Positions 63,171 to 64,000 of a stretch of DNA of 64,000 nt are shown in pieces. Both the position numbers and the translations under genes were made by a program. Under the pieces are notes generated by a model that saw nothing but the letters and a program-made list of their open reading frames with translations, ran no database searches and was not told where the DNA came from. Each line of letters starts with the position of its first letter. Position 1 is the first letter of the stretch. This DNA is from Glaucostegus cemiculus (taxonomy: Eukaryota), in the NCBI GenBank assembly GCA_976551045.1, contig CDPCPM010000054.1, positions 28,334,001 to 28,398,000 on the forward strand. The letters run 5' to 3'.

Positions 63171-63653
63171 CCATGAATAGACTGATGCACCAAGCAGGAC
63201 TTCAGTAGATTTTCAATGTCCTGATAAATCCTAGCCTAATTCATGAAACCTCTGTCATTTCTTTTAATATGAGCTATTCCCATATGCATATGTTTACTCC
63301 ATTATGCATGCCTGCCAGGTTTTTGTAATCACCACGCTGCATGCTGCAGCAACCACTTGACTTACCAACTTCTCCTACCAGTTTCTTAATAATGGTCTGA
63401 TCTTCTTATTCATGCCCATCTCCAAGTTTGTCCATTGGGTTATGTTATATTCATACACTTGCTCCAAAGGAGCAACTTTACAGGGATCCTGGCCATCTCT
63501 TTTGCTATCATTGGAAAATCATTATTAACAATTTGCAATTGAAAAATGCCCTGTTCTAAATTATGCATTATCTCCTTGAAAGGTACCAATAAAGCTTCTT
63601 GCAGCATCTCATTATCACCTCATTTAGAAGTTAATGTTTGCAGCAACACTGGA

Positions 63654-63700
63654 TGCTGATCAAGATCTTTGTTTGCTGATCAAGATCTTTGTTCACTGAT
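63654..63700 (+). repeat. Tandem 20-bp duplication TGCTGATCAAGATCTTTGTT (about 2.3 copies)
   Basis: Two exact copies at 63654-63673 and 63674-63693. Confidence 0.9.
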
Positions 63701-64000
63701 CTCCCACCATGGCAGGAACTCTTAAAGTGGTGGTTCCCAGTCAGAAGGTCTGCTTCAATTACTTATGCCAGTTTGGACAGATTTTCCCTCATTTTGGGAG
63801 TATAAACTTGTGGGGGAGGAGGGAGCTGGGGATTATATAGGGCCAGCCATCATTCATCTGCTGTGGGCAACAGGACATATTGTCATTAGAGGTGGGCACT
63901 TGGGGCTGGGATCATTGTGGTCAGAATCCGCCCATCCAAGTCATTCAATTTACTTCCCTCAAGATGGATGACCTTAGAAACATCCTAATTGATTGGACTC

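Larger units (their letters stand above)
62380..64000 (-). mobile_element. Degraded Gypsy LTR-retrotransposon pol (RNase H-integrase region)
   Basis: FPMIAKEMA..LEQVYEY..W (LPVTAKDIA..LSQVYEY..GW); TFETLKTISANHGVSExFVFENGSRFRS..SPCHP (integrase core HGLPEQLVSDNGPQFTS..PYHP); LLRCRNTPHST..SAEML.G. Confidence 0.7.

Noticed and set aside
1-64000. tRNA, rRNA, known miRNA genes, CRISPR arrays or prokaryotic systems
   Set aside because: The tRNA-like A/B boxes all belong to SINE heads. I recognised no miRNA, rRNA or repeat-spacer array, and the DNA is eukaryotic.

Overview
AT-rich, repeat-dense vertebrate DNA. The repeat content (HE1-like V-SINEs, abundant CR1 LINEs, Penelope-like elements, Rex1/Babar and Tx1 LINEs) points to a cartilaginous fish, probably a ray or shark (inference). 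I found no intact protein-coding gene; the listed ORFs are transposon remnants or chance frames. The most notable region is the first ~4.4 kb on the minus strand. It holds a decayed foamy-virus-like (spumaretroviral) env gene whose leader, SU and TM motifs run in the same order as in prototype foamy virus Env. That env is interrupted by a CR1 insertion, ends at an hnRNP A1-family retrocopy, and lies downstream of three decayed exons resembling the B4GALNT1/2 N-terminus. The rest of the window has CpG-retaining, TE-poor domains with enhancer-like blocks and candidate non-coding exons, a solo LTR with a perfect 5-bp TSD, nested SINE/LINE insertions and a Gypsy pol remnant. All protein comparisons were made by eye against reference sequences recalled from memory and need computational confirmation. 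Most repeat boundaries are approximate (tens of bp).
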